The notes beneath the pieces were generated by a model that was not told where the DNA came from, made no database searches, and saw only the letters and a program-made list of their open reading frames with translations. A stretch of DNA of 64,000 nt, taken from Candidatus Hodarchaeota archaeon. Lineage in GTDB: Archaea; Asgardarchaeota; Heimdallarchaeia; Hodarchaeales; Hodarchaeaceae. Positions 51,735 through 61,141 of the stretch are shown one piece after another. The position numbers and the translations under genes were made by a program. Location: NCBI GenBank assembly GCA_016839815.1, contig JAEOTM010000133.1:13339-77338 (forward strand), read 5' to 3'. Within the stretch, counting starts at the first letter, position 1; the number at the start of each line of letters is the position of its first letter.

Positions 51735-52379
51735 TCACACATTATCTGAAAACAGAGATTGCATGAATTCATTAAATGTCTCCGACTGTGGTACTATTGC
51801 AAGATCTACTGCTATATTTCGTTTTGATGTAAAAATATCACATTCAACTACTAACACTGCAGAAACATCTTGTGTGTTATTTTTTAGTTCATGATCATGT
51901 AGGGAGTCAATTGACCCAAATCGAAGTTTAGGGGGAGAGGGAAAGGAATCAGCTTTTAGAAAGTAATTTAATGCTTCAACGTACTTAAGAAGAAGTATCG
52001 AACCTGTTTCTTTAATTAAAGATTTAAATAAAGGGGAAAGATCTAAAAGATCTTTTTTATCAATATCAGGAGCCGTTGTCATTAAATTTATGATTTTTTT
52101 GACACTTTCCTTATCAAAAAATACCAGTAATGAGTACTTGATGTCACTGACCGTGTTTAGAGATATAATCGCCAAATCTTGGTCAGTGGGCATTTTGACA
52201 AGTCGGTGTATCGAATTCACGCGATCAAGAGCCACATTTGGAATACTCATATATGTAGATCTATTTAAAAATTGGGTTAATGCGACAGCCGCATGACCCG
52301 CTCCAATATTTCCAACCTCTCGTAAAGCATCAAGTTGGAATTCAGATAATTTATCAAAACTATAACTTTCATTATGCAT
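51735..52379 (-). CDS. cheC: Chemotaxis phosphatase CheC
   Basis: DALREVGNIGAGHAA active-site motif; the second motif is degenerate (SLIKETGS). Confidence 0.9.
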   Translation of the reverse strand: MHNESYSFDKLSEFQLDALREVGNIGAGHAAVALTQFLNRSTYMSIPNVALDRVNSIHRLVKMPTDQDLAIISLNTVSDIKYSLLVFFDKESVKKIINLMTTAPDIDKKDLLDLSPLFKSLIKETGSILLLKYVEALNYFLKADSFPSPPKLRFGSIDSLHDHELKNNTQDVSAVLVVECDIFTSKRNIAVDLAIVPQSETFNEFMQSLFSDNV

Positions 52380-54273
52380 TTACTTTTGCCTCCAGAAAAT
52401 TCATTGGATCAATTATTAATACCACCTGTCCTCCTTCCAAGATGGTAGCTCCTGAAAAAGTCCCCACTTGACTTAGGAAATCATTTATTGGTTTGATAAC
52501 AACATCTCTCTCACCCAATAAGTCATTTACGAGAAAACCGACATTACGGGATCCTTTACGCCATAAAACTATATGTTCATGATGATTACCATCGTATATT
52601 CGAGGTTTTTCCTCATGAATCATACTAAGCTGCGAGGAATTAAATTTCAAATACTCTCTTAAATCAACCAGTGGAACTGGTGTATTATCAACAACGATCG
52701 ATTTAGAAGCAGCGTTATCTGAATCTTGAAGGATTTTTTCAGCTGGAATAGATAGAATCTGTTCAATATTGGCCATAGGAATTGCAAAACGATGTTTTTG
52801 AATACTCAACATTAGAACTTTAGTAATTGCAACAGAAATTGGAATAATCATCCGTATAGTCGTATATTTCCCAGGTTCTGAATCAATCTCGATATTACCT
52901 CCATTCTCCTCAATGATTTGTTTTACAATGTTCAGACCAACACCTCTTCCAGAAATCTCTGTGGTTTTTTCCGCTGTGGATAAATGTTGGGAGAAGAGAA
53001 GATGTTGAAGGCCTTCGTTTGTCAACTCCGCTCCTTGATTAATTAATCCCAATTCATCAGCTTTCTTCCGTATTTCTTGATAATCCAATCCGCGACCATT
53101 ATCTCTAATTTCAATAATAATATCTGAATGTTCGTGACTAATTGCCAAACGGATGGTTCCACGTTCATCCTTGCTAGATTTAAGCCGTTCTTCTGGACTT
53201 TCAATTCCATGACTGACAGCATTACGAATTAAATGAGTGAGTGGATTTGTGAGTTTTTCAATAATTTGCCTATCAATACCTATATGTTTTCCAGTTATAA
53301 TGAAATCGATTTTTTTCCCTTCTTCTTGGCTTAAATCACGAACCATTCGGGGAAATCTTGTTAATATTGTTTCGAGAGGAACTAGTCTCATTCGTATGAC
53401 TAAATCCTGAATATTTGCTATCGTCCTTTCATAGCTAGCTAAATTCTCTTTAAAAGCTCTTGAATAGGCTTGTTGTTCGCCAATTTCTCTTATGAACTGC
53501 CCAGAAATAACTAGTTCTCCCAATAATTGAATAATTTGGTCTAAATCGCGAAGTCCTACCCTAACATTTAATGGTTCTTGATTATCTTCCATTACACCTG
53601 TTTTCTCAACTGTACTAACAGAATCCAATAACCGAGACATTGAGGCAGACAGTACATCTTGACTCTCTTCAATTATGCCAGAAATCGTCTCATCATCTTC
53701 TAATGTAGTTATTTCCAAGTATAGTTCTTTGAAAGTTAGACCCGCTTGAATCTCCTCCATGGGGGGGATAGTTCGTTCAATTGTCGCTTTCTTTTTTAAT
53801 TTCTTCAGCAGTACTAGGCTTCGAGCACTAATAACTTTGCAATCAGGGCTGAATAAGACTTTAATCCCAAGTTTATTGCCTAGATTAACCATAAATTCAT
53901 CAAAAGAAGCTAATTGTTGAGTTAGTTGATCAAAGCGGAGAAGCTCGGGAGTTTTTCCTCCTTGTAATGATGACGCTAATCTTCTGAGCTCGTCGCTGTA
54001 TTGGAATAAGAGTAAAATTACCTTGTCAAGTCTCGCGCTATCGATTGAAGTTAGCAAATTCTCCATACTATGCGTTAACGAACTCAGTTGGGGATAACCT
54101 GATAGAGAAAAAAGCCCTTTAAGACTATGAAGTGTTCTAAGGATATTATCATAAGCTTCTTTCTTAGTTGGATCTTTCTCTAAAGTCATTAAGCCAGTAT
54201 TCAGTTCTTCAATACGTTCAGATAGTTCTGAAAGCATAACTTCCTGAAATTCTTCAGATTCGAATTCTTCCAT
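52372..54273 (-). CDS. cheA: Chemotaxis histidine kinase CheA (P1-P2-P3-P4-P5)
   Basis: P1 HSLKG, a Firmicutes/archaeal-type P2 (DCKVISARS), RFPRMVRDL, HLIRNAVSHG, DNGRG, SGRGVG, and P5 SGATILEGG. Confidence 0.95.
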   Translation of the reverse strand: MEEFESEEFQEVMLSELSERIEELNTGLMTLEKDPTKKEAYDNILRTLHSLKGLFSLSGYPQLSSLTHSMENLLTSIDSARLDKVILLLFQYSDELRRLASSLQGGKTPELLRFDQLTQQLASFDEFMVNLGNKLGIKVLFSPDCKVISARSLVLLKKLKKKATIERTIPPMEEIQAGLTFKELYLEITTLEDDETISGIIEESQDVLSASMSRLLDSVSTVEKTGVMEDNQEPLNVRVGLRDLDQIIQLLGELVISGQFIREIGEQQAYSRAFKENLASYERTIANIQDLVIRMRLVPLETILTRFPRMVRDLSQEEGKKIDFIITGKHIGIDRQIIEKLTNPLTHLIRNAVSHGIESPEERLKSSKDERGTIRLAISHEHSDIIIEIRDNGRGLDYQEIRKKADELGLINQGAELTNEGLQHLLFSQHLSTAEKTTEISGRGVGLNIVKQIIEENGGNIEIDSEPGKYTTIRMIIPISVAITKVLMLSIQKHRFAIPMANIEQILSIPAEKILQDSDNAASKSIVVDNTPVPLVDLREYLKFNSSQLSMIHEEKPRIYDGNHHEHIVLWRKGSRNVGFLVNDLLGERDVVIKPINDFLSQVGTFSGATILEGGQVVLIIDPMNFLEAKVNA

Positions 54274-54318
54274 GTTTTAGACCCTTCACTACATATATTA
54301 TGCTGATATAATTGAGAA

Positions 54319-54687
54319 TTAAATCAAAACATTCTCAATTGCTTGAACTAACTGGTCTACCTTGAATGGTTTGATAACAAAATCTTTTGCTCCCAATTTC
54401 AAAGCTTGTCGAACTAGGGGTTCGTGTCCTAAAGCTGTTACCACAACGATATTGGCTTTTGGATCCATTTCGAATATTTCCTTCATTGCTAGTAGACCGT
54501 TCATCTTGGGCATCACAATATCCATCGTCACAACATTTGGCATAAATTTCTTATATTGATCAATTGCTTCTGCACCTGTTTCAGCTTCTGCAACAACACT
54601 GTGACCATGTTTTTTCAAAATTTTGCTTATCATCAGCCTTAAATATTTTGAATCGTCTACAATTAGTACGTTTGCCATTGTGTTCAA
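54319..54687 (-). CDS. cheY: Chemotaxis response regulator CheY
   Basis: VDDS, TMDIVMP (phospho-Asp), TALG and VIKPF motifs; adjacent to cheA. Confidence 0.95.
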   Translation of the reverse strand: MNTMANVLIVDDSKYLRLMISKILKKHGHSVVAEAETGAEAIDQYKKFMPNVVTMDIVMPKMNGLLAMKEIFEMDPKANIVVVTALGHEPLVRQALKLGAKDFVIKPFKVDQLVQAIENVLI

Positions 54688-56930
54688 TCCTCTAAATCGG
54701 TTTTTTGTGTGTTTAAATTCTTTACATAGTTTCTAACATTTTTTTTTGACAATAAATTTATTAGAAAATCATTTTCAATTATATAGGTTGAAGATGAAAT
54801 TTTTTCATCCTCATACACCTTTTGACAACACTCTCTTCCCTCAAAGAAATTATTTGGATCCTCATATGGTATGAGATCTTCTTGGAATGTTGTAATAACT
54901 CCCAACAGGTTATCAGCAGGGATTAAGTACTTTTTATCTTCATGCAACACGGAAAAGTAACAATTCGTATTGTGTTTAACCTGATGGTCCTTATTAACCA
55001 CAACAGATTGCAAATCCAAGATAGCCCTTTCGCTATCTCCTATTCTCACCTTTCCTATTATGGGCTTAAATTCTGGTTTAGTCCTGTTAATTTCAAGTGT
55101 AGAAATTATTACATCCTGGACTAGCGCAACATCGATAGCAAACATCGAATCACCCCATTGGAAAGCAAAAAAGTCCAATCGATTTCCTGTTGGATGAGAG
55201 AATAGTATTGGTTCCCTCTCTCTCTGTTCAGTGATCATTCTCTCTAGTTTTTCCCTTTCTGAATCTTCTAGTTTCAAAATAAATTCCTCTTTAACATCTT
55301 TTAGTTTTAGCTCATTTCTAATTACGAGATGTGCTTCTTCGAGAAGATTAGTTGGGTTAACAATTGTACCAAGGTTATCTTGAAATGAGAAGAATCCTGA
55401 AATCATTCTTGAAAGCATTTTAGTATAAAAGCTCGTTTCTGGTTGAAAAACATCAAACTTATCAATAGATACTCTACCTAGAATATTATTAATTAAAAAA
55501 ACTGCCTCTATTTCAGTTTTAGGATCATGTAGAAGGATTCCTACAGATTTCTTTGTATTACCCTTAGATTTTCCATGAGTAAAATAGTTAAAATCAACGA
55601 GAGGAATGATATCCCAATAAGTTGTTGCACCAAGAATTCCTTCATGCTTAAAATCTTTGAATAAGAATGAATCTTTTATCATTACTTGCCTTAGATATTC
55701 ATTATCTACAAAATAAATATATCCCTCGTCTTCGAATATCAATCCTTCTTGAACTGATTCCCTTTCTTTCTTTAAAGATAAAGAATCTGGATTGTCAAAC
55801 GATAAGACATGTGAAACGACCTCATCATCTTGATTAATAGAGGAATATCTTCTGAATAAATAATTAACATTTAAGATTAATATAATTTTTCCAGATTCAT
55901 CAAGAATTGCTCCATCAAACAAATAATCTTCCCTAAGATCTTTATTATTCAATAAAATTCGTCTTATCTCTTTCTCATCAATTTCAAGAATTTTAGGGAT
56001 ACTCTCGACAAATATCGCAAGTTTTTCGTTGTTATTTGTAAGGATTAAGGCTCTCTTTCCCATTTCCCTGTTAATTTCGTTTATTTTAAGAGTCTCACGA
56101 TCGTCTGATAAGCATTTAGACAAATTTAAGGCATTAATTATTTCCCCGTGAAAATTGATGACCCCCATTACTGTATCAGGTGTATTTGGTAGATTTGTTA
56201 ATTCAGATATTGTGAAAATTTGCAATAAATTATCATTCGGGACTAATATTGAATAATCATTTGCTTTCACCATTGTTCCTGTATACTTGTCCGTTTCAGC
56301 TTGTTTAATTAATCTATTAATTCCCCATCCAATAGAAGGTTGTGAAATTGATTTATGTTGAAGATTAATATTATAGTTTTCTAAGATTTCTTGACTTTTA
56401 ATTGAGGGCACCTGAAACTGGAATTCAGATAAAGATTGACTTTGACTATCATGTAACTCATCTCTTATCTGTTCAAAAATTGACTCAATGTTAATTTCTA
56501 CAGTAAGTTGCTGTTCCCAAAGAAAAACAGATTTATAGTATTTTTTCTCTCTTGAGGTGCCAAGTTGAAAGGCCTCTTGGGATAAAACTTCATTAGATCT
56601 AGAAATAATTCCAATTATTGTTTCAACAGAGAACACGACTGATTTTCCTTTGTGTGTCATTACAATATAGATAGGAGGAATGTCTTCAGAGATCTTTGCC
56701 TCATCTTCCCCATAGAAGAATAATTTAAGGTCGAAAACAGGTAAAACCTCTCCCTGAAATACGGTAGAGCCTAATAAATAGTACGTAGCATTTGCTACTG
56801 GTGTTATTGATGTCGAATGAAGAATTTGGACTACATCGGAATTTTTGACTGTAAACCTATCACCTTGTAAAGTAAAAAGAACTAAAATTTCTTTTGACTC
56901 ATGGTTTTCTTTAGAATTTGTCATTGTCAC
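54684..56930 (-). CDS. cheW: Tandem multi-domain CheW (about four CheW-like repeats)
   Basis: Repeated G...G..PVxDL cores: LLGSTVFQGEVLPVFDL, VMGVINFHGEIINALNL, ILGATTYWDIIPLVDF and IIGKVRIGDSERAILDL. Confidence 0.82.
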   Translation of the reverse strand: MTMTNSKENHESKEILVLFTLQGDRFTVKNSDVVQILHSTSITPVANATYYLLGSTVFQGEVLPVFDLKLFFYGEDEAKISEDIPPIYIVMTHKGKSVVFSVETIIGIISRSNEVLSQEAFQLGTSREKKYYKSVFLWEQQLTVEINIESIFEQIRDELHDSQSQSLSEFQFQVPSIKSQEILENYNINLQHKSISQPSIGWGINRLIKQAETDKYTGTMVKANDYSILVPNDNLLQIFTISELTNLPNTPDTVMGVINFHGEIINALNLSKCLSDDRETLKINEINREMGKRALILTNNNEKLAIFVESIPKILEIDEKEIRRILLNNKDLREDYLFDGAILDESGKIILILNVNYLFRRYSSINQDDEVVSHVLSFDNPDSLSLKKERESVQEGLIFEDEGYIYFVDNEYLRQVMIKDSFLFKDFKHEGILGATTYWDIIPLVDFNYFTHGKSKGNTKKSVGILLHDPKTEIEAVFLINNILGRVSIDKFDVFQPETSFYTKMLSRMISGFFSFQDNLGTIVNPTNLLEEAHLVIRNELKLKDVKEEFILKLEDSEREKLERMITEQREREPILFSHPTGNRLDFFAFQWGDSMFAIDVALVQDVIISTLEINRTKPEFKPIIGKVRIGDSERAILDLQSVVVNKDHQVKHNTNCYFSVLHEDKKYLIPADNLLGVITTFQEDLIPYEDPNNFFEGRECCQKVYEDEKISSSTYIIENDFLINLLSKKNVRNYVKNLNTQKTDLED

Positions 56931-57004
56931 AAGGTTAACCTCTATTTCTGTGGCTTTCTGGATTTTGCTCTATCAATGTCTTCATCTTTAGTATAATAAG
57001 TTCT

Positions 57005-57589
57005 TCATCCGTCTTCTGATTCGTATGATTCGTCATCTGGTAATGTATATTGATCAAAATCAAAATCAAAGTCATCTTCAACCGATTTTGTTTCATCTGG
57101 AGCTTTAACTGTAGTAAAATATCTTCCTAGAGTATTTTCTGGGTTTATTATCATAATATTTGATTCTTCATCTAGTACACCGATTTTTGTTATCAAGGAG
57201 GTATCCTCAAGATCTTTCCCACCAAGAATGGAAGAATCAGGCTCTACAAACTCTGAAATTTCTTCGATTCGATTAATTTGGTCAACTAAAATACCGATAT
57301 CTTGCCCTTGAATTGTGATAACCAAAATATTATTTTGATCAATTTCTAGGGAATGCTTTGTTGAACCACCATTTTTTGACCCCCATAGAAGTACAGAAAG
57401 GTCAAAAACACTCAAAATATATCCACGTAGATTTGTAATCCCTGATAAGACCTCAGAAGTTTTAGGAAGCTTCAGAATATTATTAGTTTGAAATACTTCT
57501 TTAATCTGATTAATACTCAATCCAAAATCATTATTCATTATCTTAAATATCAGATATTTTTCTGAATTTTGTGATGTTGCAGAACTCAT
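57005..57589 (-). CDS. cheW: Chemotaxis coupling protein CheW with an acidic tail
   Basis: YLIF, IKEV, GITNLRGYILSVFDL and GILVDQI motifs. Confidence 0.92.
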   Translation of the reverse strand: MSSATSQNSEKYLIFKIMNNDFGLSINQIKEVFQTNNILKLPKTSEVLSGITNLRGYILSVFDLSVLLWGSKNGGSTKHSLEIDQNNILVITIQGQDIGILVDQINRIEEISEFVEPDSSILGGKDLEDTSLITKIGVLDEESNIMIINPENTLGRYFTTVKAPDETKSVEDDFDFDFDQYTLPDDESYESEDG

Positions 57590-57594
57590 GGTAA

Positions 57595-58317
57595 TTAATC
57601 CTCTTTCTCTAGATCTGTCTGTTGTAATATTTGTCTGAAATTCTTCATCACTCTACCAAATTTCGATCTAATTGGTTTTACAATTTCCTCTGTAGTACCA
57701 GAATATTCAGAACTAAGATATGTCGAATCAAATTCTTGCATGGAGTCTAAATTCTTTTCAATTTCATTTTCATCAACGAGATAGGTGGTTGTTGTTTCCA
57801 TTACAATATTATCAACAATACTTCCTAATTGAGGAAATATTGAAGATTTCTTTTCTTCTAACGCTTTATCAGTAAAATCAAAACTAATTTCCTCTACAAG
57901 TCCTTGATCATAGGTTGGTAATGAAATAAGCATGAAAATTGTCTCAAAGATGCGGGATGAAAGATCATCGATTATATCAATGAAATTACGACTTGTGAAA
58001 AATTTGAACGGAAATCTGGAAACAGTTAATAGGCATACTAAATCTTCTTGAGTTCTAACAAAGATTCTAGAACCTTCCTGAACTCCAATATCATTTAATT
58101 CCATATTATTTCCTATCATTTCACCAAATTGGACTATAGCTGCCATTAATCCTGCAATAAGAGCAGGATCATGCCCTGAACTCTTTTTATAAACGCGAGA
58201 AAAAACAGGGAGCCCACTTCTTTTATTAAGAAGGAGTATTTCCCGTATACTGAGACCACTTTGTCCATTTTCTATTGTTTTTTCTTCAGAGTTATCAATT
58301 TCACGTTGTATTATGAT
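57595..58317 (-). CDS. Longin-like domain protein heading the che operon; probable non-canonical (ATC/ATA) start
   Basis: The frame stays open upstream of the annotated ATG (58146) to a TAA at 58321-58323. It reads ...IREILLLNKRSGLPVFSRVYKKSSGHDPALIAGL-MAAIVQFGE, a complete longin-type N-terminus. GAGGTG lies at 58324-58329 and the stop is 5 bp from the cheW start. Confidence 0.65.
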   Translation of the reverse strand: MIIQREIDNSEEKTIENGQSGLSIREILLLNKRSGLPVFSRVYKKSSGHDPALIAGLMAAIVQFGEMIGNNMELNDIGVQEGSRIFVRTQEDLVCLLTVSRFPFKFFTSRNFIDIIDDLSSRIFETIFMLISLPTYDQGLVEEISFDFTDKALEEKKSSIFPQLGSIVDNIVMETTTTYLVDENEIEKNLDSMQEFDSTYLSSEYSGTTEEIVKPIRSKFGRVMKNFRQILQQTDLEKED

Positions 58318-58504
58318 ATATTACACCTCAGCTTTCTAGTATCTCAGTATAGTCTTTCATTTCAATATAACTGCAAGAAACGGTTTATAAATTACTGCAG
58401 GAATCGTATGCTTGAGTTGGGGTTGGAGCAAATTCACTTCTCCTAATTAATTTGATTAGTATGTTCTTCCAATTATAACATATCTAAATAAAAATCAACT
58501 TTGA

Positions 58505-58548
58505 TAATATATAGAAATACGGTAATGAAAAGGGAAAGATAGGAAAAA
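58505..58548 (-). promoter_or_regulatory. Candidate che-operon promoter with the same motif and a TATATA element
   Basis: Coding strand reads TTTTTCCTATCTTTCCCTTTTC...TTTCTATATATT. Confidence 0.45.
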
Positions 58549-58646
58549 TCATGTGGGAATCGTGTTAGATAAATTCTCTAGATCCGTCATAAGTGATCTG
58601 GAATATAGGGTTTTTGAGAGGGGGGAATATTAAGTCAAATCCACTT

Positions 58647-59744
58647 TTATTTTCCACAAAATTCCGAGAGGACAGTAGGAATTTTATGTAATGGAACTAC
58701 TGTATCGACAACGTTACCATCAATTACTGCTTTTGGCATTCCATAGATTACACAAGTTGACTTATGTTCTGCAATAATACTTCCATTTGCTGCCTTAATT
58801 CTTTTTGAGCCCTCTAATCCATCCTTTCCCATTCCTGTAAGGATTACTCCAATGATATTTTTTCCATAAACCTCTGCAGCAGAGTTTAATGTAACATCAA
58901 TCGCAGGCATTAAGAAGTTCACTTTTTCTCCTTTATACAGTTTAAATCTTTTTGTCCCTTGAATGGCACAATGTCTTCCTCCTGGGGCAATATATACACG
59001 ATTTTGTTGAATAAGTTCTTTATTTTTAGGAAGACGAATATTTAGATGAGGATATAGTCTTGTTAATCTTTCAACCCACTGGCCCACCATTTCCTGTGGC
59101 ATATGCTGAATAATCACGATTGGTGGAAATTTTCTTGGAATTTTTGAGAGGATTAAGGAAATTGCTCTAGGCCCCCCAGTCGAAGCTCCTATTACAATCA
59201 ATAAGTCAGTAAATTTCTTCAAAGGTTTTTTTGGTTTTTCAATAACAACAGGTTTATCAATGTCACCTTCTTCGATAAAGGATTGAAAATCGAACCCTGT
59301 AATTACCTTTGTTAAGTCCACTTGCGATAGATTGATAATTTTTTCAATTAATTCTCTTCTAAATCGCTTTTCATCGTAAGTATCATCTATACTTGGCTTC
59401 CTTACAAATTCTACTGCACCGGATTCAAAAGCAGCCATACCCAAATTGGATAAGGAGACATCAATATCTTTCTGACTTAGGGAGGAAACAATAATTACAG
59501 GGACAGGAAATCGATCCATAATATGACCTATTGTCTCGAATCCATCCATTTCTGGCATCATAATGTCCATAGTTACAATGTCGGGCTTAAATTTAGGTAT
59601 TTCCATTTTATTCAATGCTACCCTCCCAGTGGGGGCCGTACCGACGATGTTGATTTTTTTTCCGCTATTTTTAATAATTTCAGAGATTCTATGTCGGGCC
59701 ACAGCCGAGTCATCTACAACGAGGACTCTTATTTCCTTTTTCAT
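58647..59744 (-). CDS. cheB: Chemotaxis methylesterase CheB (receiver + esterase)
   Basis: VVDDS, TMDIMMP, GASTGGP (Ser), QHMP (His), GMGKDG (Asp) and IYGMP motifs. Confidence 0.95.
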   Translation of the reverse strand: MKKEIRVLVVDDSAVARHRISEIIKNSGKKINIVGTAPTGRVALNKMEIPKFKPDIVTMDIMMPEMDGFETIGHIMDRFPVPVIIVSSLSQKDIDVSLSNLGMAAFESGAVEFVRKPSIDDTYDEKRFRRELIEKIINLSQVDLTKVITGFDFQSFIEEGDIDKPVVIEKPKKPLKKFTDLLIVIGASTGGPRAISLILSKIPRKFPPIVIIQHMPQEMVGQWVERLTRLYPHLNIRLPKNKELIQQNRVYIAPGGRHCAIQGTKRFKLYKGEKVNFLMPAIDVTLNSAAEVYGKNIIGVILTGMGKDGLEGSKRIKAANGSIIAEHKSTCVIYGMPKAVIDGNVVDTVVPLHKIPTVLSEFCGK

Positions 59745-59921
59745 AACAAAATTTTCCTCAGTTTTAAGAATACGATTGATTTCTCCATTAAATAATCTAT
59801 TGAAGTATTATCATTCTGTTCTAGCATCGATAGAGAACATTTGTACTTAGCATATTCTTGAATGTTTAAATACATGGGTCTATTCGTGTCATTAAAACAC
59901 TTCGAATAAGAGGGTTAATCA

Positions 59922-60971
59922 TTGGATTTCTATCGCTCAAGTAATGTAAAGCAAGAAAATGAACAGAAAAATAATCAAATTCAGGATTTAAAGAACTTAA
60001 TTAAAAAAAATTCAGAAATAATTGATGAAATTAAATTAAGCTTAGAACAACAGGTAAAGCAACCTCAAATTTCGCTTAATGAAGTTGAAACAGATACACA
60101 ATCCGTATTAGGGAGAATTGAGCAGATAGAAAATCAGCTCGGTGAATTGAAGTCAGAATTGAAGCAAAGGAGGATTAAAAAGCCTTTAGAAGCTCATGAT
60201 TTTGGCAGAGTGACATCAGCAATCCAACGTGGTGAGACTATTGAACCATTGAAAGATCCGCTTGATTTACTCGAAACTAGACTAGATAATAAAATTGATA
60301 CTATCAATCAAGCACAGGAAAAAACTACCTTACAAATAAGAACATTAAATGATGCTCTGGATATACTTGGTACAGGTGTTGAGGAGTTACATCGGATTAT
60401 TGAGACGCTACGTATTAGAATGAATCATAACAAAGAAGGAATTAGCGAGAATCAATATAGAAATATGGTTAGAGAACTTGTCGATGAGATAAAAATAGAT
60501 CAGAAATTGCTTTTTGAGAATTTTTCAAAGATCATAGATGATTATCGTTCTGATTTTAGACGTGAAATGACCGATACAGTAAAAGAGTTTCAAGCGTCTC
60601 ATGATCGTATTCTTAATGATGTAATTGCAAATTATGTACCTAGAAATGCGGGAGATGAGCTTCGTCAATCCATAGATATTCTTTCAAATGAATTTAAATA
60701 CGAATTGGATAAACTTCGGGTGAAATTTGAGGCTGTTGACCAGTATAAAGACAGTCAATCCCAATTAAGACAAGATATTACTTCTATCATCGATCGTGCG
60801 GTGAATGAACGGTTTAATGCGATATCGATACTGTTGGCCACCATTACATCAAAAACTGAAAAAATTTTTCGATTGTTTAAAGCTTCGGAAATTCAAACAT
60901 CTCCATCTTCGAATGAAATAGTCAAGACCGAAAACAAACTTGCTCCTGACGAACAGAATACTGAATTCTGA
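59922..60971 (+). CDS. Hypothetical coiled-coil protein divergent from cheB
   Basis: 349 aa, Q/E/K/L-rich, almost entirely helical, no TM segment; TTG start after GAGGG. Confidence 0.65.
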   Translation: MDFYRSSNVKQENEQKNNQIQDLKNLIKKNSEIIDEIKLSLEQQVKQPQISLNEVETDTQSVLGRIEQIENQLGELKSELKQRRIKKPLEAHDFGRVTSAIQRGETIEPLKDPLDLLETRLDNKIDTINQAQEKTTLQIRTLNDALDILGTGVEELHRIIETLRIRMNHNKEGISENQYRNMVRELVDEIKIDQKLLFENFSKIIDDYRSDFRREMTDTVKEFQASHDRILNDVIANYVPRNAGDELRQSIDILSNEFKYELDKLRVKFEAVDQYKDSQSQLRQDITSIIDRAVNERFNAISILLATITSKTEKIFRLFKASEIQTSPSSNEIVKTENKLAPDEQNTEF

Positions 60972-61141
60972 CAGATTCATCTCTAATCATGTCAGCTAGA
61001 GTTCATTAAGAAGTTCTCCTTTTAAAATCTTGGTGGGGGAAGGCTTTTCTTAGAAAAGCTAGAGTCTCAATATCGGATTGAATTTGGTTAAGCTTCCCTC
61101 TCTTACCGATTATTAATTTATATGCTGGATGTTAGATTAGA

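Noticed and set aside
57595-58146. The ORF-track start for the gene ahead of cheW
   Set aside because: It begins mid-domain; the conserved-looking sequence and the SD lie further upstream.
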